From: an uncultured Gemmatimonadales bacterium
GTDB lineage: Bacteria > Gemmatimonadota > Gemmatimonadetes > Longimicrobiales > Gaopeijiaceae
Assembly: GCA_963809895.1 (NCBI GenBank)
Contig: CAWELD010000010.1
Location: 608,001-672,000, forward strand
Direction of reading: 5' to 3'
DNA: 64,000 nucleotides
Shown piece by piece: positions 45,880-56,122 of this stretch. A model generated the notes under the pieces. The model was not told where the DNA came from. It saw only the letters and a program-made list of their open reading frames with translations, and searched no databases. A program made the translations under genes and the position numbers. Numbering within the stretch: position 1 is the first letter of the stretch; each line of letters starts with the position of its first letter.

Positions 45880-48547
45880 TCCTTCGTCCCGCCTGGCCGC
45901 TGCCCTCGGCGACCGGTACGCCCTCGATCGCGAGCTCGGCGAAGGGGGCATGGCGTCGGTGTACCTCGCCCAGGACCTGAAGCACGACAGGCAGGTGGCG
46001 CTGAAGGTCCTGAAGCCCGAGCTCGCCGCCGTGGTAGGCGGCGAGCGCTTCATCGCCGAGATCCGCACGACGGCCAATCTCCAGCACCCCCACATCCTCC
46101 CGCTCTTCGACAGTGGACAGGACGACGGCCTGCTCTGGTACGCCATGCCGTACATCGAGGGGGAGTCGCTCCGGGATCGGCTGGAGCGGGAGGGCCAACT
46201 CCCCGTCGACGAAGCGGTGGCCATCGCGACCAAGGTGGCGGGTGCCCTGCAAGCTGCCCACGATCAAGGCATCATCCACCGGGACATCAAGCCGGCCAAC
46301 ATTCTTCTGGCCAACGGCGAGCCCCTGGTGGCGGATTTCGGGATCGCCCTGGCGGTGCAGGAGGCCGGGGGCGGTCGCCTCACGGAGACCGGCCTGAGCG
46401 TGGGGACGCCGTTCTACATGTCCCCGGAGCAGGCCACGGCGGAGCGGACGCCCGACGCTCGGGCCGACGTATACTCGCTGGGATGTGTGCTCTACGAGAT
46501 GCTGACCGGGGAGCCGCCCTTCACAGGGAGCTCGGCGCAGGCGGTGCTGGGACGGATCCTCACCCAGGATGCGCGACCAGTTACCGAGCAGCGGCCTACG
46601 GTGCCCGGCAACGTGGCCGCCGCGGTGCATACCGCCCTTCAGAAGCTCCCGGCGGACCGGTTCCGATCGGCGTCGGAATTCGCCCAGGCGCTTCGGACCT
46701 CCACGTTCTCCTCGCCCGGAGCGGTGGCAGCAGCCGGAGGCCCGGTCAACCGTGGCCGGCGTGTCGTGCCGTGGGCCGTGGCCGCCATCGCAACGGCCGC
46801 CGCGCTCCTCATGGCGCTACGCCCGAGCTCTGAGACCCAGGTACCCGAGCCCGTGCGCTTCAACCTCGAGAAGCCTGCGGATGCCGTCCAAGGGTGGCGC
46901 AGGGTGCTCGACATCTCGCGAGACGGGCGCACCGTGGTATTCCTGGGCCGGGATCAGGACGGGCGCTCCCTGTTTCGCCGTGACCTGGCCACCCCGGGCG
47001 TGCGGCCCATCGCGGGAACACGGGGAGGAGAATACCCCACCATCTCGCCCGACGGCCGCTGGGTGGCGTTCGTGGCGGAGGATGGCCAGGTCTACCGGAC
47101 ACCCCTGGACGGGGGGACGGCTACGCAGATTGGTACGCTGCCCAACCCGCCCATCGGCATCTCTTGGGAGGGGAACGGTCGCCTCGAATTCGGAATGTTG
47201 GCCTTCGATGGCGACTACCCGGGGCTGACCACCATGGATGTGGCCACAGGCCGCCTCGAGGTGCGCACGCAGCCGCGCGTGGATGGTGGCGGGATGCAAC
47301 ACGAGCCCTATGTCCTCCCGGGCGGCAAACGGGAGCTCTTCATCGACTTTCCGGAGTCGCGTGAGGAGCCAGTGGGCCTGGGGATCCTGGACTTCTCCAC
47401 CAACGAAACGCGTCGGCTGGATCTGGGCGGCACGCGGCTCCGGTTCACCCGCTCGATCGTCGGCGTGAGCGGCGACAAGCTGCTGTTCATGGATGACAGC
47501 GATCGCCTCATGGCCGTGAAGTGGGACAACGAGCGGGGGGAGACTGTCGGAGTGCCCGTCGCCGTCGACGGGGTACCGGATGCGTTGGCCGAGGCGTCGC
47601 TGTCACCCTCCGGGGTGCTGGTCATGCTCCTGGCCGGGGAGGCCTTCCGGCCGGTCCTCGTCGACGACCGAGGGCGCGTGGTGCGCGAGTTGTGGGAGGG
47701 GCGCGTGAACTCGTTCTTTCCGCGGGTCGGGCCTGACGGCGATCGGGTGGCGGTAGGGATGGCCGGCTTCCGGGACCGGGACGACGTGTGGATCCTGGAC
47801 GCGAGCTCGGGGGCGCTGACCCCCATGGGGATCGGATTCGATCAAGCGCCGGCGTGGACGCTCGACGGGCGCGAGATCCTCAACGATCAGCCCTTCAGCG
47901 CGGAGGACGGGACCCAAATGAGGCGGATCCGTGCCATCGCGCTGGACGGCGGTGGGGCCGTGAGGACGCTGGCGGAGATCCGCACGGAGTCCGTGGAGGC
48001 CATCGACGTCCATCCGGGAGACGGGGCTCTGGTGCTGGACGTGAACAACGGCACCAATCCCACCATGAGCCAGATGGACATTGCGATGCTGTCCGCCGGG
48101 AGCGACTCCCTGCACCCGGTTGTCGGCGGACCCGGACAGGAGGTTGCTCCCCGCTTGTCACCCGATGGGCGCTGGCTCGCCTACACCCTGGTCGAAGGAG
48201 GGCGAGCCCAGGTCATGGTGCGGGCCTTCCCCCACGGGGACCGGGCGGTGCCCATCGCCCCGGAGCAGGGGGGCATGCCCGTGTGGGATCCCTCCGGAAC
48301 CCGTCTCTACTACCGCACGGAAGACGGCCTTTCCGCCGCCACGCTCAGCTTCCAGGGAGGCACACCGCGGGTCACCGAACGCGAGCCCCTGTTCAGCGCA
48401 CCCATGTTCGGGGCGCCCGGCGACAACGTGGCCACGTACGACGTTCTCCCGGGAGGATTCGTCGTCGCGCTGGACGAAACGCGGACCAGCGGGCGTCTGG
48501 TGGTATGGAAAGACTGGATCCAGGAGCTGGACGCTTCGCTGCGATGA
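45872..48547 (+). CDS. Hanks Ser/Thr kinase with TM and PD40/TolB-like propeller
   Basis: GEGGMA, VALK, HRDIKPAN, DFG, YMSPEQ; SPDGRW repeats. Confidence 0.95.
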   Translation: MSDPSSRLAAALGDRYALDRELGEGGMASVYLAQDLKHDRQVALKVLKPELAAVVGGERFIAEIRTTANLQHPHILPLFDSGQDDGLLWYAMPYIEGESLRDRLEREGQLPVDEAVAIATKVAGALQAAHDQGIIHRDIKPANILLANGEPLVADFGIALAVQEAGGGRLTETGLSVGTPFYMSPEQATAERTPDARADVYSLGCVLYEMLTGEPPFTGSSAQAVLGRILTQDARPVTEQRPTVPGNVAAAVHTALQKLPADRFRSASEFAQALRTSTFSSPGAVAAAGGPVNRGRRVVPWAVAAIATAAALLMALRPSSETQVPEPVRFNLEKPADAVQGWRRVLDISRDGRTVVFLGRDQDGRSLFRRDLATPGVRPIAGTRGGEYPTISPDGRWVAFVAEDGQVYRTPLDGGTATQIGTLPNPPIGISWEGNGRLEFGMLAFDGDYPGLTTMDVATGRLEVRTQPRVDGGGMQHEPYVLPGGKRELFIDFPESREEPVGLGILDFSTNETRRLDLGGTRLRFTRSIVGVSGDKLLFMDDSDRLMAVKWDNERGETVGVPVAVDGVPDALAEASLSPSGVLVMLLAGEAFRPVLVDDRGRVVRELWEGRVNSFFPRVGPDGDRVAVGMAGFRDRDDVWILDASSGALTPMGIGFDQAPAWTLDGREILNDQPFSAEDGTQMRRIRAIALDGGGAVRTLAEIRTESVEAIDVHPGDGALVLDVNNGTNPTMSQMDIAMLSAGSDSLHPVVGGPGQEVAPRLSPDGRWLAYTLVEGGRAQVMVRAFPHGDRAVPIAPEQGGMPVWDPSGTRLYYRTEDGLSAATLSFQGGTPRVTEREPLFSAPMFGAPGDNVATYDVLPGGFVVALDETRTSGRLVVWKDWIQELDASLR

Positions 48548-48608
48548 GCCGAGCAGAGCTCGATCCGTGACTCCGAAGCTCACGCCGCAGGCGGACGTAG
48601 TCTAATTG

Positions 48609-48842
48609 ATGAGCATCGTCTACTTTGCCGCGGGTCTTGCGATAGGGTTGACTCTCGGTCGTCTCCGGGCGTCCGGAAGGTTGGCGCATGGATCCGTGTC
48701 CGCCGAGCCCGAGCCCTCTGATGAAGAGATCGAGCGTCGCACTCGCGAGGAGCGGCTACACGCAGTCCTCTCCGGAGAGAGAACGCCGACGCCTGAGGAG
48801 AGGCGCGAGCTCGCAGCTCGACGGCAGAGCGAGGAGCAGTAG
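48609..48842 (+). CDS. Small hypothetical membrane protein
   Basis: N-terminal TM, charged tail. Confidence 0.5.
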   Translation: MSIVYFAAGLAIGLTLGRLRASGRLAHGSVSAEPEPSDEEIERRTREERLHAVLSGERTPTPEERRELAARRQSEEQ

Positions 48843-48874
48843 TCTCGATGGCACCCCGATCCGGTCTCTGACCC

Positions 48875-49564
48875 ATGCGCTTCCTGACATTTTCCATCCT
48901 TCTGGCTCTTCCCGCTCCCTGTCTGGCGCAGTCAGCTCCGACGGTCACGGTGATCGGCCGCGGCGAGGTCGCCCTGGTCCCCGACTTCGCAACCCTCTCG
49001 GTCGGTGTCCGCGTGCAGCAACCGACTCCAGAAGCGGCGGCTGCGGCAATGTCCGAAAGCATCGATGCCGTCGTCGACACGCTCGTGTCTCTGGGATTCC
49101 CTCGAGACTCCCTGCCGACACGGGTCTTCGGGATCACCGCGGATCGCGCCTATCAGGAGGGGAACCGCATCACAGGCTACACGTCCCAGGTTACCCTCGA
49201 CCTCCGAACCTCCGAGCTCGATCGACTGGCCGAGTTCGTGGGTGCGGCGATCGCAGCCGGTGCTACGGACATCGGACAAGTCCAGTGGGGCTCCACCGAG
49301 GCCGAGGCGGGGCGACGCGAGGCGCTGCGGCTGGCGGTGATCAATGCCCAGGCCGATGCCGAGGTGATCGCCGATGCGCGTTCAAGCAATCTCGGTGAGC
49401 TCGTCGACATTTCGGTCGAAGGAGCAAACCCGGACCAGGTGATGTTCCGGCGACGCACCGCCGACATCGAGATTCTTCCACCGCCGGTGACTCCTTCAGC
49501 GCTCATCCCACAGGTGATCAAGGTGACCATGGCCGTGGTCGGGACATGGCGCCTGGGTTCTTGA
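48875..49564 (+). CDS. SIMPL (DUF541) protein
   Basis: VTVIGRGEV..PDFATLSVGV, ITGY, AIAAGA. Confidence 0.88.
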   Translation: MRFLTFSILLALPAPCLAQSAPTVTVIGRGEVALVPDFATLSVGVRVQQPTPEAAAAAMSESIDAVVDTLVSLGFPRDSLPTRVFGITADRAYQEGNRITGYTSQVTLDLRTSELDRLAEFVGAAIAAGATDIGQVQWGSTEAEAGRREALRLAVINAQADAEVIADARSSNLGELVDISVEGANPDQVMFRRRTADIEILPPPVTPSALIPQVIKVTMAVVGTWRLGS

Positions 49565-49682
49565 TGCCCCGGGCGAGGCGACCCATGGATCCCAGCGTCG
49601 AAGGTACCGTCCGGCGTGGCGTCGCGGCCCTCACGTGGGTCGAAGAGTGGCTGGAGACGGGGGATGTCTATCCGGTGAGTCG

Positions 49683-50294
49683 ATGATGAGGCATGCCACG
49701 GAATCGCAGGGCAGGCGAGCGAGGGTCGTGGTCGGTGTGTCGGCGCTCGTCGCCGCATTCACGCCCATCGCCATACCCGTGCCTGCGGCCGCACAGCTGA
49801 CCCCTGCGGACTCACTCCAGATCATCCAGAAGGTCGTCCAGATTCGCACGGGCTGGATGAATCGGCAGCTCAAGTTCCAGGCATGCTCGGTCTTCGAGTT
49901 CAGTGGGCGACCGAGCGATCTCCGTGCTGCGTTTCCGGGTGCTGACCGCACGCTCGACCTGCCGGACTCGCCGTGCCCTCCTCCGGATTGTCCCTACCCA
50001 AGCGCCGTGATCACAGATCTCGAGGTGGCCGGAGACTCGGTGGTCGTCTCGGTCGCCATTGAGGAACAAGAAAACATCCACGAGGAGGTCTTCGTTGTCC
50101 GTGAAGACCCGAGCCCGAGCCGCACCTGGTGGTATGTGGACAGCGTCAGGGCCTTCGGATTCGTCCGCATACGTCGGCCATGGATCGAAGGCTGCCGGGG
50201 CCCCGGGGTCTCGAGGACAATGTCCGATGACCCCCCATCGATTGCCCGGTCAGTGTATCTTCATAATGCTCGCGATCGGCATCCTGACCGATGA
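49683..50294 (+). CDS. Hypothetical secreted protein
   Basis: Signal peptide-like segment; ORF continuity. Confidence 0.55.
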   Translation: MMRHATESQGRRARVVVGVSALVAAFTPIAIPVPAAAQLTPADSLQIIQKVVQIRTGWMNRQLKFQACSVFEFSGRPSDLRAAFPGADRTLDLPDSPCPPPDCPYPSAVITDLEVAGDSVVVSVAIEEQENIHEEVFVVREDPSPSRTWWYVDSVRAFGFVRIRRPWIEGCRGPGVSRTMSDDPPSIARSVYLHNARDRHPDR

Positions 50295-50788
50295 AGACGC
50301 TCGCTAGGCTGAGTTTGGCCGCTGGTCTGGCCTTCGCGGCTTGTTCCTCCTCTGGTGGGGCCCTGCCACCCGACCATCCTGAGGCCCTACCCATCCACGG
50401 GACCAGCGCCACGGGGCCCGTTGATTTGGCGGCACGGGTCGCCTGGGAGGGCGACAGCGTCCTGGTCGTGTCCGTCCGAGTCGCCAATCTCGACACGGAG
50501 ACTATTCGTCTGGAGAGGGGACACTGCCCCTTCAGCGTCCGCGCCTTTGCCAATCCCCAACTGGAGGAGCCTGCCTTCTGGGATGATCACTTCACCGCGG
50601 AGGTCTATTGCACGGATGAACTCATCATCGACGAAATCCCTCCAGGAGACATGCGACAGGTGGTCGATCGGAGGGCCAGCGACATCATCGCGCTGGGCCT
50701 GCCCGCGGCCCCCGGTTACTACGGTGTGGTTGTGGTCCTGAACGGGGAGCGCCGCGTATTGGATGCCGGCCGCCTCGGACGACCCTGA
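50291..50788 (+). CDS. Hypothetical lipoprotein
   Basis: Lipobox FAAC. Confidence 0.7.
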   Translation: MKTLARLSLAAGLAFAACSSSGGALPPDHPEALPIHGTSATGPVDLAARVAWEGDSVLVVSVRVANLDTETIRLERGHCPFSVRAFANPQLEEPAFWDDHFTAEVYCTDELIIDEIPPGDMRQVVDRRASDIIALGLPAAPGYYGVVVVLNGERRVLDAGRLGRP

Positions 50789-50853
50789 CAGCGACCGGAT
50801 GGACATGACCCCGGACCGAAGCGATTCGAATCCCTGGCGAGTCTGAGACACGG

Positions 50854-51576
50854 ATGACACGGCGATACACCGAGGCTGAAGTCCGGATGATTCTCGACAG
50901 AGCGGTCGAGGTGGGCGACGTGGAGGCGCCCTCTTCACGCGACGGCATGTCTCTGGAAGAGATCAAGGAGATCGGTGCCGAAGTCGGGATCGAGGGGACC
51001 AGCATCGAGCGGGCCGCGCAATCCCTTCAAACCCGGCCAACCGGCTCGCGATCCTCCTTGTCCGGTGGGGCCGTTTCGCTTCATTCCGAGATCCAGGTCG
51101 CGGGCGATCTCACCTCGGTCTCGACCAGCGCGATCCTGTCTCTGATTCGACGAGAAATGGGGCGGCAGGGGGATCTCTCGGAGGTCGGGGGACTCCTCGA
51201 GTGGCGGTCCACGGGCGAACTGAGCGATGAGACCATCACTCTTTCGTCCGAGCAAGAGAGTACCACGATCACGGGGTCGGCGGACCTCCGGAACGGGGCG
51301 ATCGTGACCTTCCTTCCGGGCTCGATTCTCGGCGGGTTCGGATCGATTCTCTGGTTCATTCAGGCGGCAAACGCCGGAAACGAGATCGGGATGGTCCTGG
51401 CCCTGCTGGTCCTGCCGCTTCTCCTGCTCGACCTTGCGCCTCGTCTTCCGCCGAATCTCGCGAGCGGAGTCCGAAAAGCTCGACCGGGTTCTGGAAGAGC
51501 TCGGCGGACTGCTGGCAGAGGCGCAGGAGGAATGACCCGCGCGATCTCTCTTGCCATTAATTCGGTGTTTAGCTAA
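50854..51576 (+). CDS. Hypothetical membrane protein, probable frameshift near 51420
   Basis: YTEAEVRMILDRAVE..EIGAEVGI; implausible tail. Confidence 0.65.
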   Translation: MTRRYTEAEVRMILDRAVEVGDVEAPSSRDGMSLEEIKEIGAEVGIEGTSIERAAQSLQTRPTGSRSSLSGGAVSLHSEIQVAGDLTSVSTSAILSLIRREMGRQGDLSEVGGLLEWRSTGELSDETITLSSEQESTTITGSADLRNGAIVTFLPGSILGGFGSILWFIQAANAGNEIGMVLALLVLPLLLLDLAPRLPPNLASGVRKARPGSGRARRTAGRGAGGMTRAISLAINSVFS

Positions 51577-51586
51577 ATAACAATGC

Positions 51587-51898
51587 ATGGACACCGTATT
51601 CAAGGCCCTCTCCGATCCGACGCGCCGTCGCGTGCTGCAGTTGCTGCGCGAACGACCGATGACCGCCGGCGAGCTCGCCGACGAGTTCGATCTCTCCAAG
51701 CCCACCATGTCCGGTCACTTCGCCGTATTGCGCGCGGCGAACCTGGTGGTCGCCGAGAAGCAGGGCACGACCATCACCTATTCTCTGCGGCTATCGGTTC
51801 TTCAGGACGCGTTGCTGAGCTTCGCCGACGTCTTCGGTATTGGTGAGGTTCCGGCCGATGCCGATGTCCGTGGAGGGGAATCGGCTCATGCGACGTAG
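51587..51898 (+). CDS. sdpR: ArsR-family autorepressor (SdpR-like)
   Basis: VFKALSDPTRR, SKPTMSGHFAVL; palindrome TTTAGCTAAA at 51568-51577. Confidence 0.85.
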   Translation: MDTVFKALSDPTRRRVLQLLRERPMTAGELADEFDLSKPTMSGHFAVLRAANLVVAEKQGTTITYSLRLSVLQDALLSFADVFGIGEVPADADVRGGESAHAT

Positions 51899-52490
51899 CC
51901 GCACGCCGCAGGTGCTCTTGACCCTCGCGCTGGCGTCGAGCGCCGCCGTCGCCGCCTGGGGGTTCTGGATCGACCCCGACCGTCCGTGGCGCTGGCTCCT
52001 TCTCGGTGGCGTTCTGCCGGTCCTGTGGGCGTACGTGAAGAGGGCGCAGGTGCGCGGAGACGATCCCGAGGTCGGCGCCGCGTTGATGGTATTCCACAGG
52101 TACGTCCTCGCCTTCGCGGGGTTCATGCTCACGTCGAGGGTGGGGATCCGGCTTGCAGTCCACGAAGGCCTCCTGGATCCGACGTGGTTGTCCACGGGCC
52201 GACGGCTCGGCGCCTTGATGATGGGCGTCGGGATGATCTTGTTCGGCAATTTTCTTCCGACGCTGCGGTCGCCGTGGTCGTTGGCGAAGCAGCCGTTCGA
52301 GTGGCAACAGGTCCATCGGTTCGCTGGATGGACCTTGGTCTTGGGAGGACTCGGTGTGATCGCGTCCTGGACCTTCCTCCCGCTGGCCTCGGCGGACCGG
52401 GCCTCGGTCCTGATCGTCGTGCTTGCCTGCCTGTGTACGGTGGGGCGGAAACTCGCCTCGCTCACGACCCGCTCCCTCGGCCCCCGCTGA
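51888..52490 (+). CDS. SdpI-like immunity membrane protein
   Basis: GNFLP.LRSPW..WQQVHRFAGW; follows the SdpR-like gene. Confidence 0.7.
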   Translation: MRRSRTPQVLLTLALASSAAVAAWGFWIDPDRPWRWLLLGGVLPVLWAYVKRAQVRGDDPEVGAALMVFHRYVLAFAGFMLTSRVGIRLAVHEGLLDPTWLSTGRRLGALMMGVGMILFGNFLPTLRSPWSLAKQPFEWQQVHRFAGWTLVLGGLGVIASWTFLPLASADRASVLIVVLACLCTVGRKLASLTTRSLGPR

Positions 52491-52522
52491 CCGGCCAGCA
52501 CCCTGCGACTCACGAGGAGCCG

Positions 52523-52783
52523 ATGACGACCGTGACGTTCTACCACTCGGCCATCTGCCCGCGTTGCCGACTGGCGTCCTGGGCGCTCAGTTCAATCCTC
52601 GAGGAGTATCCCCACATTGTGGTCGAGCGGGTCGAATACCTGACCCACTTGAGCGCAGCGCGAGCGTCGGGCGTGCGCTCGATCCCCACGCTGAGCTCGG
52701 GCGAGCACATGCTCAGCGGATTCCTGCTCTCCCCTTCGAGCATCCGGCGGTTCCTGGACTCCCTCGGGAAGGAGCAGCCGTAG
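52523..52783 (+). CDS. Thioredoxin/glutaredoxin-like protein
   Basis: CPRC and GVRSIPTL. Confidence 0.8.
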   Translation: MTTVTFYHSAICPRCRLASWALSSILEEYPHIVVERVEYLTHLSAARASGVRSIPTLSSGEHMLSGFLLSPSSIRRFLDSLGKEQP

Positions 52784-52796
52784 AGGAGTGGTGGAA

Positions 52797-53141
52797 ATGA
52801 GCGAGCACACGGACTTCAGCCGCGTCGAACGCCTCGGCCTCTCTCTTGCCGACGTCGAGGCCGGTACGTCGTACGGTGCGCCGGCGCTCGAGGTGGGCGG
52901 CCGCATGTTCGCGTGCATTCCGACGCACCGTTCGGCGGAGCCCGGCTCGCTGGCCGTGCGGATGAGCTTGGTGGAGCGTGACCTGCGGCTACGCCACCGT
53001 CCCGACGTCTACTATCTGAAATCCCACTACGAACCGTATCCGGTGGTGCTGGCGCGGCTGGCCGAGTTGTCGGACGACGAGTTGAGCGAGCTGCTCGAGA
53101 CCGGGTGGGCGTTCGAGCGGGCGAAGGGAAAGCGGCGGTAG
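52797..53141 (+). CDS. MmcQ/YjbR family protein
   Basis: TSYGAPAL.VGGRMFA, HYEPYPVVLARL. Confidence 0.85.
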   Translation: MSEHTDFSRVERLGLSLADVEAGTSYGAPALEVGGRMFACIPTHRSAEPGSLAVRMSLVERDLRLRHRPDVYYLKSHYEPYPVVLARLAELSDDELSELLETGWAFERAKGKRR

Positions 53142-53145
53142 GAGC

Positions 53146-54700
53146 ATGCCTCGCCCCGCCACCGCACAGCGTTCGCTGACAGCAGCCAGACGCAGGACAT
53201 CCTGGTTGATCGGCGTGGCGTTGACGCTTGGCGTGGTCTTGCGCCTGTGGCAGTGGGCTACCGAGAGGTCGCTCTGGGTCGATGAGCTGTGGATCGCCCA
53301 GAACGTTCGGGACCGAGATCTAGGACGGCCTACTCCTCGAGCCCCTGGCGAACCGGCAGGTGGCGCCCCCCGGCTTTCTGGCCGCGGTGGACGCGTCGGC
53401 ATGGCTCTTTGGACTGGGTGAGCGATCGCTCAGGCTCGTGCCGTTCGTCATGGCGCTGGTGGCGCTGTTCCTGGTGTGGCGGGTGGGGTCGCGGTTTCTC
53501 ACCGGCTTGCCGTTGGCGGGTGCGGTGGTCCTGTCGGCGGTGAGCCCGGCACTCGTTTGGTACGGAGGCGAGGCGAAGCAGTATTCAGGCGACATCGCGT
53601 GGACGCTGCTCCTCGTGCTACTCGGCCTTCGGTACCTGGAAGACCCTCGCGACATGAGGCGTGCCGTTTGGGCGTCGGTGCTCGGCGTCCTCGCGATGAT
53701 CTCGTCGCATCCGGCGGTACTGACCGGCTTCGTGATCGGTGTAGTTCTCACGTGGGACTGGGTGCGGGACAGGGAGATCGCGGAGCTCCGGTGCCTCGCC
53801 ACGATGGGTGTCGGTTGGGTCATCGGCGCAGCCGTCGCGACCTGGGCGTCACTTCGGTTCACCACCCCGGAGGTTCGGGCGTACATGCACGACTTCTGGG
53901 CCGAAGGCTTCGCACCGTATGGTTCTGGACTCGTCGCAGTCCCGCTCTGGCTCCTGGGGCGGGTGTGGCATGTGCTCGCGCACTACCTGGTCTTCCTCGA
54001 AGCAGAAGCCGGGGTCCTCGCTCTGCCTACGGCGATGCTCGCCGTGGCCGGACTCGTCGTGCTCCTGCGCGAGGACCGGATCAAGAGCTTCGTTGTGATG
54101 GCGCCGCTGCTCGCGGCCATGCTCGGCGGCCTGAGCCTTCTGCTTCCGATGAGAACCAGAGTGGCCGTCTACGCGGGCGCCGCGGTGTTGCTGCTCGGAA
54201 TGGCGGGACTGCAGGCGCTCTTGCAGAGCCGTTCGCGCTGGTGGAAGGGGATGGGGGCCGTGATGGCCGTGCTCGCCATCGTGCCGATTCCCCTCATCGT
54301 GCTGGGCACGTCACGGCCGCCATATCGCGCCCAGGAGACGCGCCCAGTGTTGGCGACGCTTGCCGAGCGCCTGCGTGAGGACGAGGCCGTCTACGTGTAC
54401 TGCCCCGCCAAGGCCGCCGCCGAATTCTACGGACCGGCGTTGGGCGTCGAAGGCTACATCGAGGGGGGATGCTACGAGTCGGTGAGCGGGTTCCTCGATG
54501 AGTTGAGGACCCTGCCCCCTGGGCGTGTATGGTTCTTCTACACCCACCGGACCGAAGCACGGCCGTATCCGGACTCGGCGAGGGCGTTCTTTGCGGCTCA
54601 CGGGCGCCAATTGGACGAGATCGAGGATCCGTTCGGCCTCACGGGCCAGGCCCAGGCTGCCGCGATCCTCTACTTTCTTGATCCGAGGGACGGAGGGTAG
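53146..54700 (+). pseudogene. GT-C (ArnT/PMT-like) membrane glycosyltransferase, frameshifted near 53320-53360
   Basis: SLWVDE in the first frame; APPGF, EAKQYS in the second. Confidence 0.75.
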
Positions 54701-54716
54701 TCGTGGCGGCGCTCGG

Positions 54717-55628
54717 ATGACCCCGCACCCTGATCCGCCCCTCTCTCTCCGCGACGCTGTGGCATCCGCCGTCGGCAAGAGGCCGGTGAGTTGGCACAGG
54801 CCGCGCACCGGACTGTCAGCCGCGCACCGCTACGTCGTAGGTCTGTCTGACGGCTCGCGCCTCTTCGTGAAGGCGGCCGTGGACGACGAGACCGAGGGTT
54901 GGCTCCGGACGGAGCATGGGCTCCTGACCGAGCTGGCCGACGATTTCCTGGCTCGGCCCGTGGCATGGGTCGAGAACACCGAGAGACCCATTCTCATCAC
55001 CGAAGACCTCAGCCACGCGCATTGGCCCGCCGATCACGATCCGGTTCGGTGGGAGCCTGGCCAGCACGAGCTGCTGTTCGAGACGCTCCGGCGTGTCGGG
55101 GCGGTGGCTGCGCCCGAGTGGCTCCCTTCGGCGGGAGCGGCGGCTCCCTCGAGATGGCGATCCATCGAACGTGAAGCCGATCGGTTTCTGGCCCTCGGGC
55201 TGTGCAGCGAGTCGTGGTTCCGGGAGGCGATCCCCGGTCTGGTCGATGCGGAAGAGGGCCTGTCGCTCCAGGGCGACGCGCTCGTTCATGGTGACGTGAG
55301 AAGTGACAACCTCTGCTTCCAGGAGGACCGGACGGTGCTCGTAGACTGGAGCAATGCGTGTCGCGGCCGTCCGGATCAAGACCTCGCCGCAGTCGCCAGC
55401 ACGCTGCCGCTGGAGGGTGGGCCCGATCCCGTCACGGTGATGCCGGCGGGCGGGGGTTGGGCTGCCTATCATGCGGGCCTGGCGTCGCGGCGGGCCTACC
55501 GTGACGAGCGAGCGCCCGAATGGCTCCGGCTCGTCTTGCAGCGGTTGGCCGCGATCAACCTGAAATGGGCCTCGCAGGCGCTCGACCTTCCACCGTGGAC
55601 GGGGGTGGACTGGCGTGACGTGCGCTGA
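54717..55628 (+). CDS. APH/choline-kinase-like phosphotransferase
   Basis: FVKA, HGDVRSDN, LVDW. Confidence 0.88.
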   Translation: MTPHPDPPLSLRDAVASAVGKRPVSWHRPRTGLSAAHRYVVGLSDGSRLFVKAAVDDETEGWLRTEHGLLTELADDFLARPVAWVENTERPILITEDLSHAHWPADHDPVRWEPGQHELLFETLRRVGAVAAPEWLPSAGAAAPSRWRSIEREADRFLALGLCSESWFREAIPGLVDAEEGLSLQGDALVHGDVRSDNLCFQEDRTVLVDWSNACRGRPDQDLAAVASTLPLEGGPDPVTVMPAGGGWAAYHAGLASRRAYRDERAPEWLRLVLQRLAAINLKWASQALDLPPWTGVDWRDVR

Positions 55629-55656
55629 CCGGGCCGGCACGCCCCGCTCCGACACG

Positions 55657-56118
55657 GTGCGGAAGATCCGACGGGTGTGTCTCGTCGTCCTCGCGGTTGC
55701 GATGCCCGGAAGTTGCTCCGACGCTGGCCCCGTTTCGGAGCGTGACGCCGCACTCGTCGCGATCCTGCGAGCTCAGCAGTTGAGCCCAGCATCAGAGAAG
55801 GTCCGCCTGGCCCCCATCTGGATTCGTGGAGAGCCGCTGGACAGCGTCCCCGCTGACCTGATCAGCGTCCTCGCGGACTCCACGGGCCTGAGGATCGTGT
55901 CTGCCGAGGAGCTCTCCAGCCACGATCCGAATCTGCTTCTCATCGGCGTTTCCAAACCCGTTCTCGGTGCGGGCGACACGATCCGGGTGAGTGCGGGTTG
56001 GGAGCGGCTCGGGAGGGGCGCCGGCGATCCGAATTGGGGCGTCGAATACTATTTCCGCATGCTCTGCAGGCCCGACTGCAGGATCGTGAAGGAGCTCGGA
56101 CCCGACGTGTGGAACTAG
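55657..56118 (+). CDS. Hypothetical lipoprotein
   Basis: Signal-like segment ending GSC. Confidence 0.6.
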   Translation: MRKIRRVCLVVLAVAMPGSCSDAGPVSERDAALVAILRAQQLSPASEKVRLAPIWIRGEPLDSVPADLISVLADSTGLRIVSAEELSSHDPNLLLIGVSKPVLGAGDTIRVSAGWERLGRGAGDPNWGVEYYFRMLCRPDCRIVKELGPDVWN

Positions 56119-56122
56119 GCTG

